From an uncultured Candidatus Rokubacteria bacterium (GTDB lineage Bacteria > Methylomirabilota > Methylomirabilia > Rokubacteriales > CSP1-6): DNA of 64,000 nt. The notes under the pieces are model-generated. The model worked only from the letters and a program-made list of their open reading frames with translations. It had not been told where the DNA came from and made no database searches. Positions 10,393 to 21,279 of this stretch are shown here, in pieces; position 1 is the first letter of the stretch; each line of letters begins with the position of its first letter. The DNA is taken from NCBI GenBank assembly GCA_963789955.1, contig CAWBMV010000034.1, positions 1 to 64,000 on the forward strand. The letters are read 5' to 3'. Both the position numbers and the translations under genes were made by a program.

Positions 10393-12327
10393 GGCAACCC
10401 CAAAGCTATCCATTCAGCGGGCTCGTCCCTGCCGCCGATGGGAACAACGATGTATTGCTTCCCGCGCGCGATGTACGTCATCGGGCCGCTCGTCGTGCCC
10501 GACGGCAGCTCCGTTTCCCAGATCACCTTGCCCGTCGCCTTGTCGTAGGCGCGGAAGCCCTTCCCCCACATCGAGGGGTGGATGCCGCCGAACAGGTTGC
10601 TGCCGTCGCCGATGAAGAGCAGCGTCTTGGTCAAGAGCGCCGTCGGCCGGCTCGCCGTGCCGAGCGGCGGCAGCTTCAGATCCTTCAGCAGCGGATGGTT
10701 GCGGGGGCCGTCGCCGTTCACCGCCGTCCACACCTGCTCGCCCTTGTTCATGTCGAACGCGACGATGCGGGTGTACGGCGGCTTGATGAGCGGCAGGCCG
10801 TCGATGTACGGGGCGTCGCGGTTCGGGCTCCAGTACCTCGATCTCCGAACCCGCCTCGGTCGCTTTGGCGATGCGGTAGACGCGCGGGATCTCGTGCGAG
10901 AAGGCATAGTAGTAGCCCGTCTCCGGATCGAATGCGCCGGTGTTCCAGTTGCCGGCGCCCCATGAGCCGGGCACCATCAGCGTCCCCTGCTTGCCGCCGG
11001 GAGCGTCGCTCACGAGCGACGGCGGCGTGTAGATCGGACCGATGACGAACTGCTTCGCGACCTCGCGCGCCTGCGCCTTCAGCTCCGGCGTGAAGTCGAT
11101 GAAGTCGTCCTCGGTGAGACCGCTGCGCGAGAACGCCGGCGGCTTGGTCGGAAACGGCTGCGTCGGCGACGTCTTCTCGCCTGGCACGGTCGACTGCGGT
11201 ACGGGCCGCTCTTCGATCGGCCACACCGGCTTGCCGGTCGCGCGATCGAAGACGTAGAGGAAGCCGGTCTTGCTCGGCTGCATCACCGCCTTGATGCGGC
11301 GGCCGTCGACGCGGATGTCGCCAAGCGTCGCCGGCCCGACCAGGTCGTACTCCCACAGGTCGTGATGCACGGTCTGGAAGTGCCAGACACGCTTGCCGGT
11401 CTTCGCGTCGAGCGCGACCAGCGCGTTCGAGAACAGGTTGTCGCCGGGGCGATGGCCGCCGTAGTACGCCGCGGTCGGCGCGGTCAGCGGGATGTAGACG
11501 TGGCCGAGCGACTCGTCCGACGAGATGCAGCACCACGAGCCGAGATCGCCCGAGAACTTGCCGGAGTCGCTGCCCCAGCTGTCGGCGCCGAACTCGGTGC
11601 CGCGCGGCACGACGTGGAACGTCCACAGCAGCTTGCCGCTGCGCGCGTCGTAGCCGCGCACGTCTTCGGGCGGGCTGCCCTTCCACTGCGTCCCGCCGTC
11701 GCCCGCGCCATCGAGGTTGCCGGCGATGACGACGACGTCGCCGACGACGATCGGGCCGGAGCTCCAGCCGAAGCTGCGCGCGCCTTCCGGGACCAGGCGG
11801 ACGCGGCCGTGATCGCCGAACGCCTCCAGCGTGCGGCCACGCAGATCGATGGCGTAGAGGTAGCCGCCGCGAACGTTGAAGAGGCGATGATCCGATCCGC
11901 CTTTCCAGAAATCGACGCCGCGGGTGCTGGAGGCGCCGGCCTCGTTCGCCATGTCGGGGACCGGTTCCTGCCGCCAGATCGTTTCACCGGTCGTGGGATC
12001 GAAGGCCTCGAGCAGCCCGGCGGAGTCCGGCGCGTAGAGGACGCCGCCGATCATCGTCGGCGTCGCGCGCAGGTAGTTGTTCGTCCGCAGCTTGGGGAAT
12101 TGCTCCTTCAGCTTCGGATCGAGCGCCTGGCGGCGCCAGAGGACCTTCAGGTTCTTGACGTTGTCCTTGGTGATCTGCGCGAGCGGCGAGTAGCGGGTGT
12201 AGGCGGAGTCGCCGCCCGACGACCGCCATTCGCCGTTCTTCGTCTCGTCCTGGGCAATCGCGATCATGCCGGCCGCGATCGCGGCCGAGATGAGGAGGAT
12301 CACGCCGCTACGCTTCCGCATCGTCAT
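10389..12327 (-). CDS. PQQ-dependent dehydrogenase (glucose/quinate/shikimate-type, no N-terminal membrane domain); one frameshift near 10840
   Basis: [81 protein letters not shown]. Confidence 0.9.
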
Positions 12328-12386
12328 GCTATAGGCCTCGTGCTGCTTTCCGGGGCTCACATCTTTTCCGACGGCCGGCGATCTAA

Positions 12387-12662
12387 AACAAAAGATCAGG
12401 AGATCAGAAGGTCAGGAGGCTCGTCTAAAACGCGTTGTCTGCCGGCTGTCGATCATCGCGATTCGACGGGGCGGCGCTGCGCGCCGCGCGGCCTGAGACG
12501 GAACACGTGAAAACGAGTCGCTCGATGCGTGTGCGATTCGTTTTCACGCGTTCCGCCTCCGGCCGCATGTTGGCCGGCGAAGCCGGCCAGCCCGTCGAAT
12601 CGAAGACGAAGCAACGGAACTAGAAGAGCCTTCTGATCTCCTGATCTTCTGACCTCCTGTTC
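12387..12662. repeat. Structured intergenic element: (CAGGAGAT)n arm, nested hairpin core, inverted arm
   Basis: gatcaggagatcagaaggtcaggaggctc ... gattcgacggg..ggaacacgtgaaaacga..tcgttttcacgcgttcc..cccgtcgaatc ... gagccttctgatctcctgatcttctgacctcctgtt. Confidence 0.7.
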
Positions 12663-12687
12663 AACTTCACTGGCGCCCGAAGAGATC

Positions 12688-14667
12688 TCAAGGCAGCGCC
12701 AGCGCCACGTACTCCGCTGGCTCACTACGCGAGCCAATCGGGATGACGATGTACTGCTTGCCTTTCAGCATGTAGGTCATCGGGCCGCCGGTCGTGCCCG
12801 AGGGCAGCTCGATTTCCCACAGCACCGCGCCGGTGGCCTTGTCGTAGGCCCGGAACTTCTTGCCCCAGCCCCAGTCGGTCTGCGGTGTGCCGCTGACGGC
12901 GTTGCTCCCTTCGCCGAGGAACAGCAGCGTCTTGGTCAGGACCGGCGCCGGACGGTTCGGGACGCCGAGCGGCGGCAGGTTGAGCGCCTTGAGCAGCGGG
13001 TGGTAGCGCGGGCCATCGCCGTTGGCCGCCATCCACACCTGCGTGCCCTTGTTGAGATCGAGCGCGGTGATGCGCCCGTACGGCCCCTTGATGATCGGCA
13101 GCCCTTCGATGTCGGGGAACGTGCCGACGCTCGCGTACTCCATCGTCGCGTCCGGGCTGGTCATCTTCTTGATCGCCCGGTTCGACGGCCCGGGAAGAAT
13201 CGCCGACATCGCGTAGTAGATGCCGGTCTCCGGATCGAACGCGCCGGTGTTCCAGTTCGCCGCGCCCCACGAGCCGGGCACCATCAGCGTGCCGCGGTTG
13301 GTGCCTGGCTCCTCGGTGGTGATCGACGGCGGCGTGAACATCGGGCCCATCGTGAAGTCCTTGGCGATGTCGCGCGCGCGCTGCTTCAGCTCGGGCGTGT
13401 AGTCGATCAGATCGTCATCGGTCACACCCTGGCGATCGAACGCCGGCGGCTTGGTCGGGAACGGCTGCGTCGGCGACGTCTTCTCGCCCGGCACGTTCGA
13501 CTGCGGCACCGGCCGCTCCTCGATCGGCCACACCGGCTTGCCAGTGGTGCGATCGAGCACGAAGAGAAACGCCGTTCTTGTTCGGCTGGATCACGGCCTT
13601 GATGCGGCGTCCGTCGACCGTGATGTCGGCCAGCATCGCCGGCCCGACGTTGTCGTAGTCCCAGAGGTCGTGGTGCACCGATCTGGAAGTGCCAGACGCG
13701 CTTGCCGGTCTTCGCGTCGAGCGCGACCAGCGAGTCGGAGAAGAGGTTGTCGCCCGGGCGCCACCGCCATAGGCCGAGCGCGGTCGGCGCGGTCAGCGGG
13801 ATGTAGACGTAGCCGAGCTCTTCGTCGCGCCGTCATCGGGTTCCAGGCGCCGAGGTCGCCGGCGATCTTCCACGAGTCGTTGCCCCAGGTGTCGTTGCCG
13901 AACTCGCCCGGCCGCGGCACGACGTGGAACGTCCAGAGCAGCTTGCCGCTCTGGGCGTCGAAGCCGCGCACGTCCTCGGGCGCCGCTTCCTTCTTCATCG
14001 TGCCGGTGTCGCCGGCGCCGGCGGTGTTGCCGGTGACGACGACCACGTTGCCGACGACGAGCGGGCCGGTGCTGTCGTTGAAGCGCCCGGCGAGTGGCTG
14101 CTCGCCCTCGTCGAAGTGCAGGCTCGCGCGGCCCTGATCGCCAAACCCGGCCACCGGCTTGCCGGTCTCGGCGTTGAGCGCGTAGAGATACTCGCCGCGG
14201 ATCGCGAAGATGCGCTTGTCGGCGTTGCCCGACCCGCCGCGCCAGTAGTCGACGCCGCGCGTCGACGCGCCGTTGGCTTCCTCGCGCGTGCGCGCGAACA
14301 GCTCCTGCTCCCAGACGGTCTTGCCGCTCTCGCCGTCGAAGGCGACGACCAGGCCGTGCGCGTTCTGGGTGAAGAGCCTGCCGTCGATGAAGATCGGCGT
14401 CGCCCGCAGGTAGTTGTTCACCCGCACATCGGGAAACGCCTGCGTCAGCTGCTCGCTGACCGCCGGCCGGCGCCAGGCGATCTTCAGGTTCTTGACGTTG
14501 TCGCGGGTGATCTGATCGAGCGGCGAGTAGCGGTTGAACGCCTTGTTGCCGCCGTAATACCGCCACTCGCTGGACTCGCCGCGCCCCTGCGACTGGATCG
14601 CCGCGGCCGCAGCCACGACCAGGCACACCGAGAGGCTGGCGATAGAAATGCGCTCAAAACCTCGCAC
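12688..14667 (-). CDS. Second PQQ-dependent dehydrogenase paralogue; frameshifted at about 13570-13830
   Basis: [51 protein letters not shown]; closely similar to 10389-12327. Confidence 0.9.
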
Positions 14668-14808
14668 GGATCCTCCTCACTATCGAAGCGTGACGAGACT
14701 ATACATGCAATGGGCGGGTGATGTTTCAACCTTACAAATGTGTGTGGGAGAGACGGCGGCCGCCGATCGAGTACCGCTTCGGCGTCCGCCGCGCGCGAAG
14801 AGGTTCAA

Positions 14809-14836
14809 GGGTTCTGGGTTCTGGGTTCTGGGTTCT
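14809..14836. repeat. Heptamer tandem repeat (GGGTTCT)x4
   Basis: gggttctgggttctgggttctgggttct in a divergent intergenic region. Confidence 0.8.
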
Positions 14837-14855
14837 GGCCCCGAATTGTCATCAA

Positions 14856-15290
14856 ATGTTTCCAAGCTCCGCGATTCGATGGCTGATGCTCGCGGCGCTG
14901 CTGTGCGGATCGTGCCGCCGCGAGGTGCCGCCGCGCGCGGTTGAGCCGGCCGTCGTCTGGCGCCCGCTCGGCTCGTGGTCGGGGCGCGGCTCGATGCAGA
15001 CCGACGCCTTCATCAGCGACACCGGCTCGATGCGGCTGCGCTGGGAAACCCGCAACGAATCGGCGCCCGGCAAGGGATTCCTGCGCGTCATCGTCCACAG
15101 CGACGTCAGCGGGCGGCCGCTCGTCGAGGCCGTCGACGTCCACGGCGTCGGCGGCGCGACGGCCTACGTCACCGAAGACCCGCGGCCGTTCTTCCTCGCC
15201 GTCGAGTCCGCCAACCTCGACTGGTCGGTTGCCGCAGAAGAGGCGGTCGCCGCGACCGTCACGCCGGGCGCAAAACAACGCCAACCATAG
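14856..15290 (+). CDS. Hypothetical lipoprotein-like protein
   Basis: WLMLAALLCGSC signal; beta-rich body WSGRGSMQTDAF..LRWET. Confidence 0.6.
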   Translation: MFPSSAIRWLMLAALLCGSCRREVPPRAVEPAVVWRPLGSWSGRGSMQTDAFISDTGSMRLRWETRNESAPGKGFLRVIVHSDVSGRPLVEAVDVHGVGGATAYVTEDPRPFFLAVESANLDWSVAAEEAVAATVTPGAKQRQP

Positions 15291-15405
15291 GCCTGTCCTG
15301 AGCGGGCGGAGCGAGCCGAAGGACGTTGAAACGGGGCTCGTTTAGGCGTATCGTCGCGGTGATTCCTTAGGGTTTCCGAACGCGTACTCATCCGAGGAAC
15401 GAAGC

Positions 15406-16083
15406 ATGGCTGAAAAGAAGGCGACGACGCTCGTCGGCCACAACTACACCACCCCGGATCTGGTCGCCAAGGTGACCGGCAAAGCGAAATACGCCGAGGA
15501 CTACCGCGTCGAGGGGATGCTGTTCGCCAAGCTGCTCGTGAGCCCGATGCCGCACGCGCGCGTCTCGCGGCTCGACACGCGCGCCGCCGAGGCAATGCCC
15601 GGCGTCAAGGCGATTCTCACCGTCGACGATCTGCCCGCGGTGGTCGAAGGCGCCAACCTCGGCGAAGGGATCATCGCCAGCACGCTCAGCGAACGCGGGC
15701 TCACCAACGAACCGCTCTACGTCGGCGAGCCGGTGATTGCGGTCGCGGCCGTGGACGAGGCCACCGCGGTGGCCGCCATCGAAGCCATCGACATCGAGTT
15801 CGAGCCGCTTCCCTTCGTGACCGATCCGATCGCAGCGCTGCGGCCGGGCAGCCCGAACGCGCGAACGCAGGGCAACGTCTGGGTGCGGCCCGCGCCGGCG
15901 CCGCCCGCGCAGCCGGGCGCCGCGCCAACGCCCCCCGCCGGTCCGAAGGTGCAGGAGCTCAAGTGGACCGACGCCGACTTCTCGGCAGCGAGCGACGGAC
16001 AGCTGCCGCTCGGCAAGCATACTGACGAGTGGGTGGTTGGCGATCTCGACGCCGGCTTCAAGCAGGCCGACCTCGTCCTCGAC
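15406..16083 (+). pseudogene. Xanthine dehydrogenase/aldehyde oxidase family molybdopterin subunit, N-terminal fragment truncated at apparent junction
   Basis: AKVTGKAKYAED..GMLFAKLLVSPMPHAR..MPGVKAILT..YVGEPVIAVAA..GDLDAGFKQADLVLD, then recognisable similarity stops abruptly. Confidence 0.8.
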
Positions 16084-16933
16084 AACCAAGCGGGCCCAGC
16101 GCCATCGCCTGTGGCAGCGCGTCGGCCACGCCCTGACCTATCTCGGGCTCTTCGCGGCGCTCGTGTTCTTCCTGGGACCGTTCTTCTGGATCGTGACCAC
16201 GTCGCTGAAGGGTAACGAGGACTTCTTCGCGTTCCCGCCGGTGTGGATCCCGGTCGAGCCGTCGCTCAAGCACTACGTGGCGCTGTTCACGCGGTCGAGC
16301 GGGGCGCGGTACTTCACGAACAGTCTGGTGCTCTCGACCCTCAGCATGATTGCCGCGGTGGTCGTCAGCCTGCCGACGGCGTACTCGATCGCGCGCTGGC
16401 GCTTCGGCGGCGGGCTCCTGTCGATCTTCCTGCTCGTGCTGCGGATGCTGCCGGCCATCGCGCTGATCATCCCGATCTACATCGTGTACAAGATGCTCGG
16501 CATCACCAACAACTACCTGGCGCTGATCGTCATCTACACGGTGCTCTACATCCCGTTCGCGGTGTGGCTCCTGGTCGGCTTCCTCCGTGATTTTCCCGTG
16601 GAGATCGAGGAGGCGGCGATGATCGACGGCTGCTCGCGCCTGCGGGCGCTCGTTCAGGTGGTCGTGCCGATCATCGCGCCGGGCCTGGCCGTCGTCGCGC
16701 TCTTCTCGTTCATCGCGACCTGGAACGAGTTTCTGTTCGCGATCGTGCTGACCGGTATCGAGACCAAGACCATGATGGTGCTGGTGACGTCGTTCACGTC
16801 GGGCGGTACGGACATGTTCTACGGCGAGGCGTCGGCCTCGGTCGTGCTCGGCGTGCTGCCCGCGTTCGCGATCGCCTTCATGCTCCAGCGCTACCTGGTC
16901 AAGGGCCTGGCGCTCGGCGGCACGAAGGGCTGA
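16084..16933 (+). CDS. Carbohydrate ABC transporter permease (MalG-like), no credible start
   Basis: PFFWIVTTSLK, YFTNSLV, EAA loop EIEEAAMIDGCSR, FIATWNEFLFA, QRYLVKGL. Confidence 0.9.
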
Positions 16934-16958
16934 GCAAACGAAGACAAGGGAGATTCCC

Positions 16959-18425
16959 ATGAGACGGTTCTGGTCCGCGACTTCGGTCGCCTTGCTGCTC
17001 GGTGGCTTCATCACGATCGGCTGGCTCGCGTGGCCGGACCGCGCGCCGGCTGCGCGGCCGTACGAAGGGCAGACGATCCGCGCGGTGGTCAACGCGGAAT
17101 TCGTGAAGTACTCGCTCACCCTCGTCGAGCAGGACCTCTACGACAAGCTCGGCGTCAAGCTGGAGACCGAGGTCATCCCCGCCGACGCGTTCGTCGCCAA
17201 GACCCTGCTCGAGTTCAACAGCGCCGGCAGCCCCTGGGACCTCGTGATGTTCGGGCCCTCGAACATGCCCGACTACGGCCGGCACTTCGAGCCGCTCGAG
17301 CCGTGGATCGAGAAGCTGAAGCTCGACTTCGCGATGGACGACATCGTCCCGGTGTTCGCCAAGGTGATGCTGCGTTACCAGGGCAAGCTGGTCAGCATGC
17401 CGTACGACGGCGACATCCACATCATGTACTGGAACAAGCCCGCCTTCGAGCGTCCGGACAACCGGGCGAAGTTCAAGGCCAAGTACAAGTACGATCTCCA
17501 GCCGCCGAAGACGTGGAAGCAGTGGGACGACGCCGCCGAGTTCTTCCACGGCTGGGGCTGGGACGGCAGCCAGGCCAAGCTCTTCGGCGCCGGCGCCTCG
17601 TACAAGCCGTCCGGCAGCGGGTACTCGTACCACTGGTGGCGCTCGCGGTTCTTCTCCTACGGCGGAAACTACTTCGACGCGAACATGAAGCCGCTGATCG
17701 CCACCACGGCCGGCGTGCGCGCGCTCGAGGAGATGGTCAAGACCATGCCGTACTATCCGCCGGGCGTGCTCCTCTTCGAGTCGGAGGAGCCGAAGACCAT
17801 GCTGGTCAAGGGCGAGGTCCCGCTGCTCTATTCGTGGACCTCGACCGGCAAGCGCGTGGGCAATCCGGCCGAGTCGCTAATCGTCGGCAAGGCCGGGTTC
17901 GGCCTCGTGCCCGGCGCCGACATCGACGGGAAGATCGTCAACCGCCCGGCCATCACGCCGGGCCGCGGCATGGCGGTCTCGAAGTACTCGAAGAAGAAGG
18001 AAGCGACGATGAAGGTTCTCGAGTTCATCTCGAATCCCGACCAGAGCCTGAAGATCGTGATGGATGCCAAGACGATCATGGATCCCTGGCGGGTGAGTCA
18101 TCTGCGCTCAGAAAAGTTCCGCAAGCTGTTCCCAGACGCCGACAAGTATCTCGACGCCATCCAGCAGAGCTTCCCGTACCTCGTCCCGGATCCGGTCATT
18201 CCGGCCGCCGACGAGTATCAGCGCAAGCTCTCGTTCGAGATCACCGAGGCGCTGGCCAAACGCAAGTCGCCGAAGGACGCGCTGGATTCAGCCGTCAAGG
18301 AATGGGACAAGATCACCGAGCGGCGGGGGCCGGACAAGCAGAAGGCCGCATGGGGCGAGAAGCTCGCGGAGATGAAGCAGCTCGGCATCGAGTATCACGC
18401 GGACTGGGCGGCCAAGGCCAAGTAG
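16959..18425 (+). CDS. Carbohydrate ABC transporter substrate-binding protein
   Basis: Signal peptide, MPYDGDIHIMYWNK, PPKTW; follows the permease. Confidence 0.85.
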   Translation: MRRFWSATSVALLLGGFITIGWLAWPDRAPAARPYEGQTIRAVVNAEFVKYSLTLVEQDLYDKLGVKLETEVIPADAFVAKTLLEFNSAGSPWDLVMFGPSNMPDYGRHFEPLEPWIEKLKLDFAMDDIVPVFAKVMLRYQGKLVSMPYDGDIHIMYWNKPAFERPDNRAKFKAKYKYDLQPPKTWKQWDDAAEFFHGWGWDGSQAKLFGAGASYKPSGSGYSYHWWRSRFFSYGGNYFDANMKPLIATTAGVRALEEMVKTMPYYPPGVLLFESEEPKTMLVKGEVPLLYSWTSTGKRVGNPAESLIVGKAGFGLVPGADIDGKIVNRPAITPGRGMAVSKYSKKKEATMKVLEFISNPDQSLKIVMDAKTIMDPWRVSHLRSEKFRKLFPDADKYLDAIQQSFPYLVPDPVIPAADEYQRKLSFEITEALAKRKSPKDALDSAVKEWDKITERRGPDKQKAAWGEKLAEMKQLGIEYHADWAAKAK

Positions 18426-18453
18426 GCGGCGCCGAGCCCGAGGAGCGCGCGCG

Positions 18454-18912
18454 ATGAGCGAGGCAAATTGCGTCTTCTGTACGGTGGTCGCGGCGCTCGA
18501 GCGATCGGACACCTGTCCGGCTGGAGAAGCCGGGCAGGTGCTCCGCAAGGTGCGGGACCTGCCCGCGTCGATCGCGATCCTGGCGCCCGATCAGTACTAC
18601 AAGGGCTACACAATGGTCGTCTCGAAGACGCACGCGATCGAGCTCTACGAGCTGCCCGAGCGTCAGAGCACGCAGTACTACCAGGACATGGTGGCCGTCG
18701 CGCGCGCGATCGCCACCGCGTTCAAGCCACGCAAGATGAACTACGAGGCGCTCGGCAACACGGTCGGGCACCTGCACTGGCACCTGTTCCCGCGCTACGA
18801 CTCGGACCCGAACCCCAAGCGCCCGACCTGGGAGAACAACCATCCGCCGCGCCTGCCGAGCCCTGAGGAATACGCGGACACGCTCGCGGCGATCCGCCGC
18901 TATCTTGCCTGA
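18454..18912 (+). CDS. HIT family hydrolase
   Basis: CVFC and HLHWHLFPR histidine triad. Confidence 0.9.
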   Translation: MSEANCVFCTVVAALERSDTCPAGEAGQVLRKVRDLPASIAILAPDQYYKGYTMVVSKTHAIELYELPERQSTQYYQDMVAVARAIATAFKPRKMNYEALGNTVGHLHWHLFPRYDSDPNPKRPTWENNHPPRLPSPEEYADTLAAIRRYLA

Positions 18913-18945
18913 GCCGTACGGCCCCGAAGGCCGGGAGCAGTCACC

Positions 18946-20492
18946 ATGATCGTGCCCCTCACCCTGGCTGATTTCCTGGAACGCGCCGAGCAGGTCTACG
19001 GCGATCGCGAAGCCGTCATCGACGAGCCGAACCCGCCCGGCGGCGGACTCGGCCGCATCACCTACGGAGAGTTCGCCGCGATGTCGCGCAGCCTGGCGGC
19101 CGCGCTCGACGACCTGGGCGTGCGCGACGGCGAGCGGGTCGCGATCGTCTCGCCGAATGCCGCGCGCTTCCTGGTGAGCCTGTTCGGCGTGAGCGTCTTC
19201 GGGCGCGTCATCGTCCCCGTGAACTTCCGGCTGAACGTGGAAGAGGTCCGCTACATCATCGAGCACTCCGGCTCGACCGTGGCCCTCATCGACCCCGAGC
19301 TCGACGAGCCGCTCAAGCAGCTCAACGTCAAGCACCGCTTCGTGCTCGGCACGTCGACCGACGCGCAGCTGTTCGGGCGACGGAACGCCGCGCCCGCGGG
19401 GCCGCGTGACCGACGAGAACGCGACCGTGTCGATCAACTACACGTCGGGCACGACCGCGCGGCCCAAGGGCGTTCAGCTGACGCACCGCGGCTGCTGGCT
19501 GAACGCGGTGACGTTCGGCTGGCACCTGGGCCTCTCGGATCGCGACGTCTACCTGCACACCTTGCCGACGTTTCATTGCAACGGCTGGGGCATGCCCTAC
19601 GCGGTCACCGCGATCGGCGCGCGCCAGGTGATCATCCGCAAGATCGACGGCGAGGAAATTCTCCGGCGGGTCGAGGCTCACGGGGTGACCCTGTTCAACT
19701 GCGCGCCGGCGGTGATCGCGGCGGTGCTCGACGCGGCCGTCGCCCGGCGTCAGCGCGGGGAGAACGTGCCGGGCGCCGGGCGCGTGCGGGTCGTGGTCGC
19801 CGGAGCGCCGCCCCCGTCGAAGACGATCGAGCGCATCGAGGCCGAGCTCGGCTGGGAGTTCATCCAGATCTACGGACTCACCGAGACCTCGCCGCTGCTC
19901 ACGATCAACCGCGCGCCCCAGGAATGGGAAGGCGTCGACCGGAGCGAGCGGGCGCGGCGGCTCTCGCGGGCCGGCGTGCCGGCCGTGGGCGTACGCATGG
20001 CCGTCGACGAGAACGGCGAGATCCTCACGCGGACGAACAACGTCTTCGAGGGCTACTGGAACCAGCCCGAGGAGACCGCGAAGGCGCTGGCGGACGGCTG
20101 GTTCCACACCGGCGACGGCGGCCATACCGAAGACGCCTACGTCGTGATCGCCGACCGAAAGAAGGACGTGATCATCACCGGCGGCGAGAACGTGTCAGTC
20201 GATCGAGGTCGAGGACTGCCTCTACCAGCACCCCGCCGTCGCCGAGGCCGCGGTGATCGGCGTCCCCCACGAGAAATGGGGCGAGACGATCAAGGCGCTG
20301 GTGGTGCTGCGCCCGGGCGCCCAGGCGAGCGCGGACGATCTGGTCGCGTTCTGTCGCACGCGCATGGCGCACTACAAGTGCCCGACGTCGATCGAGCTAC
20401 GCGACGCGCTCGCCCGCACCGCCACCGGCAAGCTCCAGAAGTTCAAGCTGCGCGAGCCGTACTGGGCCGGGCGCGAACGGAAGGTGAACTAG
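18946..20492 (+). CDS. AMP-binding acyl-CoA synthetase; frameshifts near 19395 and 20198
   Basis: INYTSGTTARPKG, IYGLTET, WFHTGD, DRKKDVIITGGEN, PHEKWGE, TATGKLQK. Confidence 0.9.
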
Positions 20493-20498
20493 CGCCGG

Positions 20499-21279
20499 CT
20501 ACGCGAACTTCGCGCGCTCTTCACGTCGATACGATCTCACCGCCAGAGTCAGGAAGAGCGCCGTGTAGCCCGCGAGCCACAGCACGCTCACGCCCAGCGA
20601 CTCCCGGCCGGCGCCGAGCGCGCTCCAGGCGAGCTGTGCGTAGTGATAGCTCGGCAGGTAGGGCGCCAGGTTCTGGATGAAGACCGGAAGCTGGTTGAGC
20701 GGCACGAAGAGCCCGGAGGCGAACGACAGCGGCAGGTAGATCAAGTTCGCCATCGCCGGCGCCGCGTTGGGTCCGGACCAGTAGCCGATCGCGAAGCCCA
20801 GCGCGATGAAGGGCAGCGAGCCGGCGAGCAGACGCAGGATGATCGTCGCCCACACAGCCGGCGTCTGGTGGATCCCGCCCACGACGATCCCGTAACCGAT
20901 CAGCAGCACGAGAGCGATCGAGCGAGAACACGAGCGCAGTCAGTACCTTGGCCAGCATGAAGACGAGCGGCGGGAGCGGGCTCGCGCGCATCAGACGGTC
21001 GATTTTCATCCCGCGCTCGTTGGCGACGCCGATGCCGAAGCCGTAGACCATCACGTTGCCGACCGCATAGGCGCCGAACGAGGCGAGCAGATACGCGCCG
21101 ATGCTCACGCCGTCGCTGCGCACGAGGCGCGCGACCGGCAGGCCGAAGAACGTGAAGAACACGATGGGCAGGACCAGGTTGGTGACGCTGAAGGCGGGAA
21201 CCCGCCAGCGCATCAAGAGCTCGCTCCTGGTCTGGGCGAGCAGCATCTGGAGCACGGGCGCTGCCGTTGCCGTCGTCAC
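20499..21279 (-). CDS. ABC-2 type exporter permease; frameshift near 20915
   Basis: LPIVFFTFFG, ANERG..LMRASPLPP, SGLFVPLNQLP..APYLPSYH. Confidence 0.85.

Noticed and set aside
15295..15324. GTCCT..AGGAC REP-like hairpin or terminator
   Set aside because: It is a single copy with a short stem and no U-tract, so support is insufficient.
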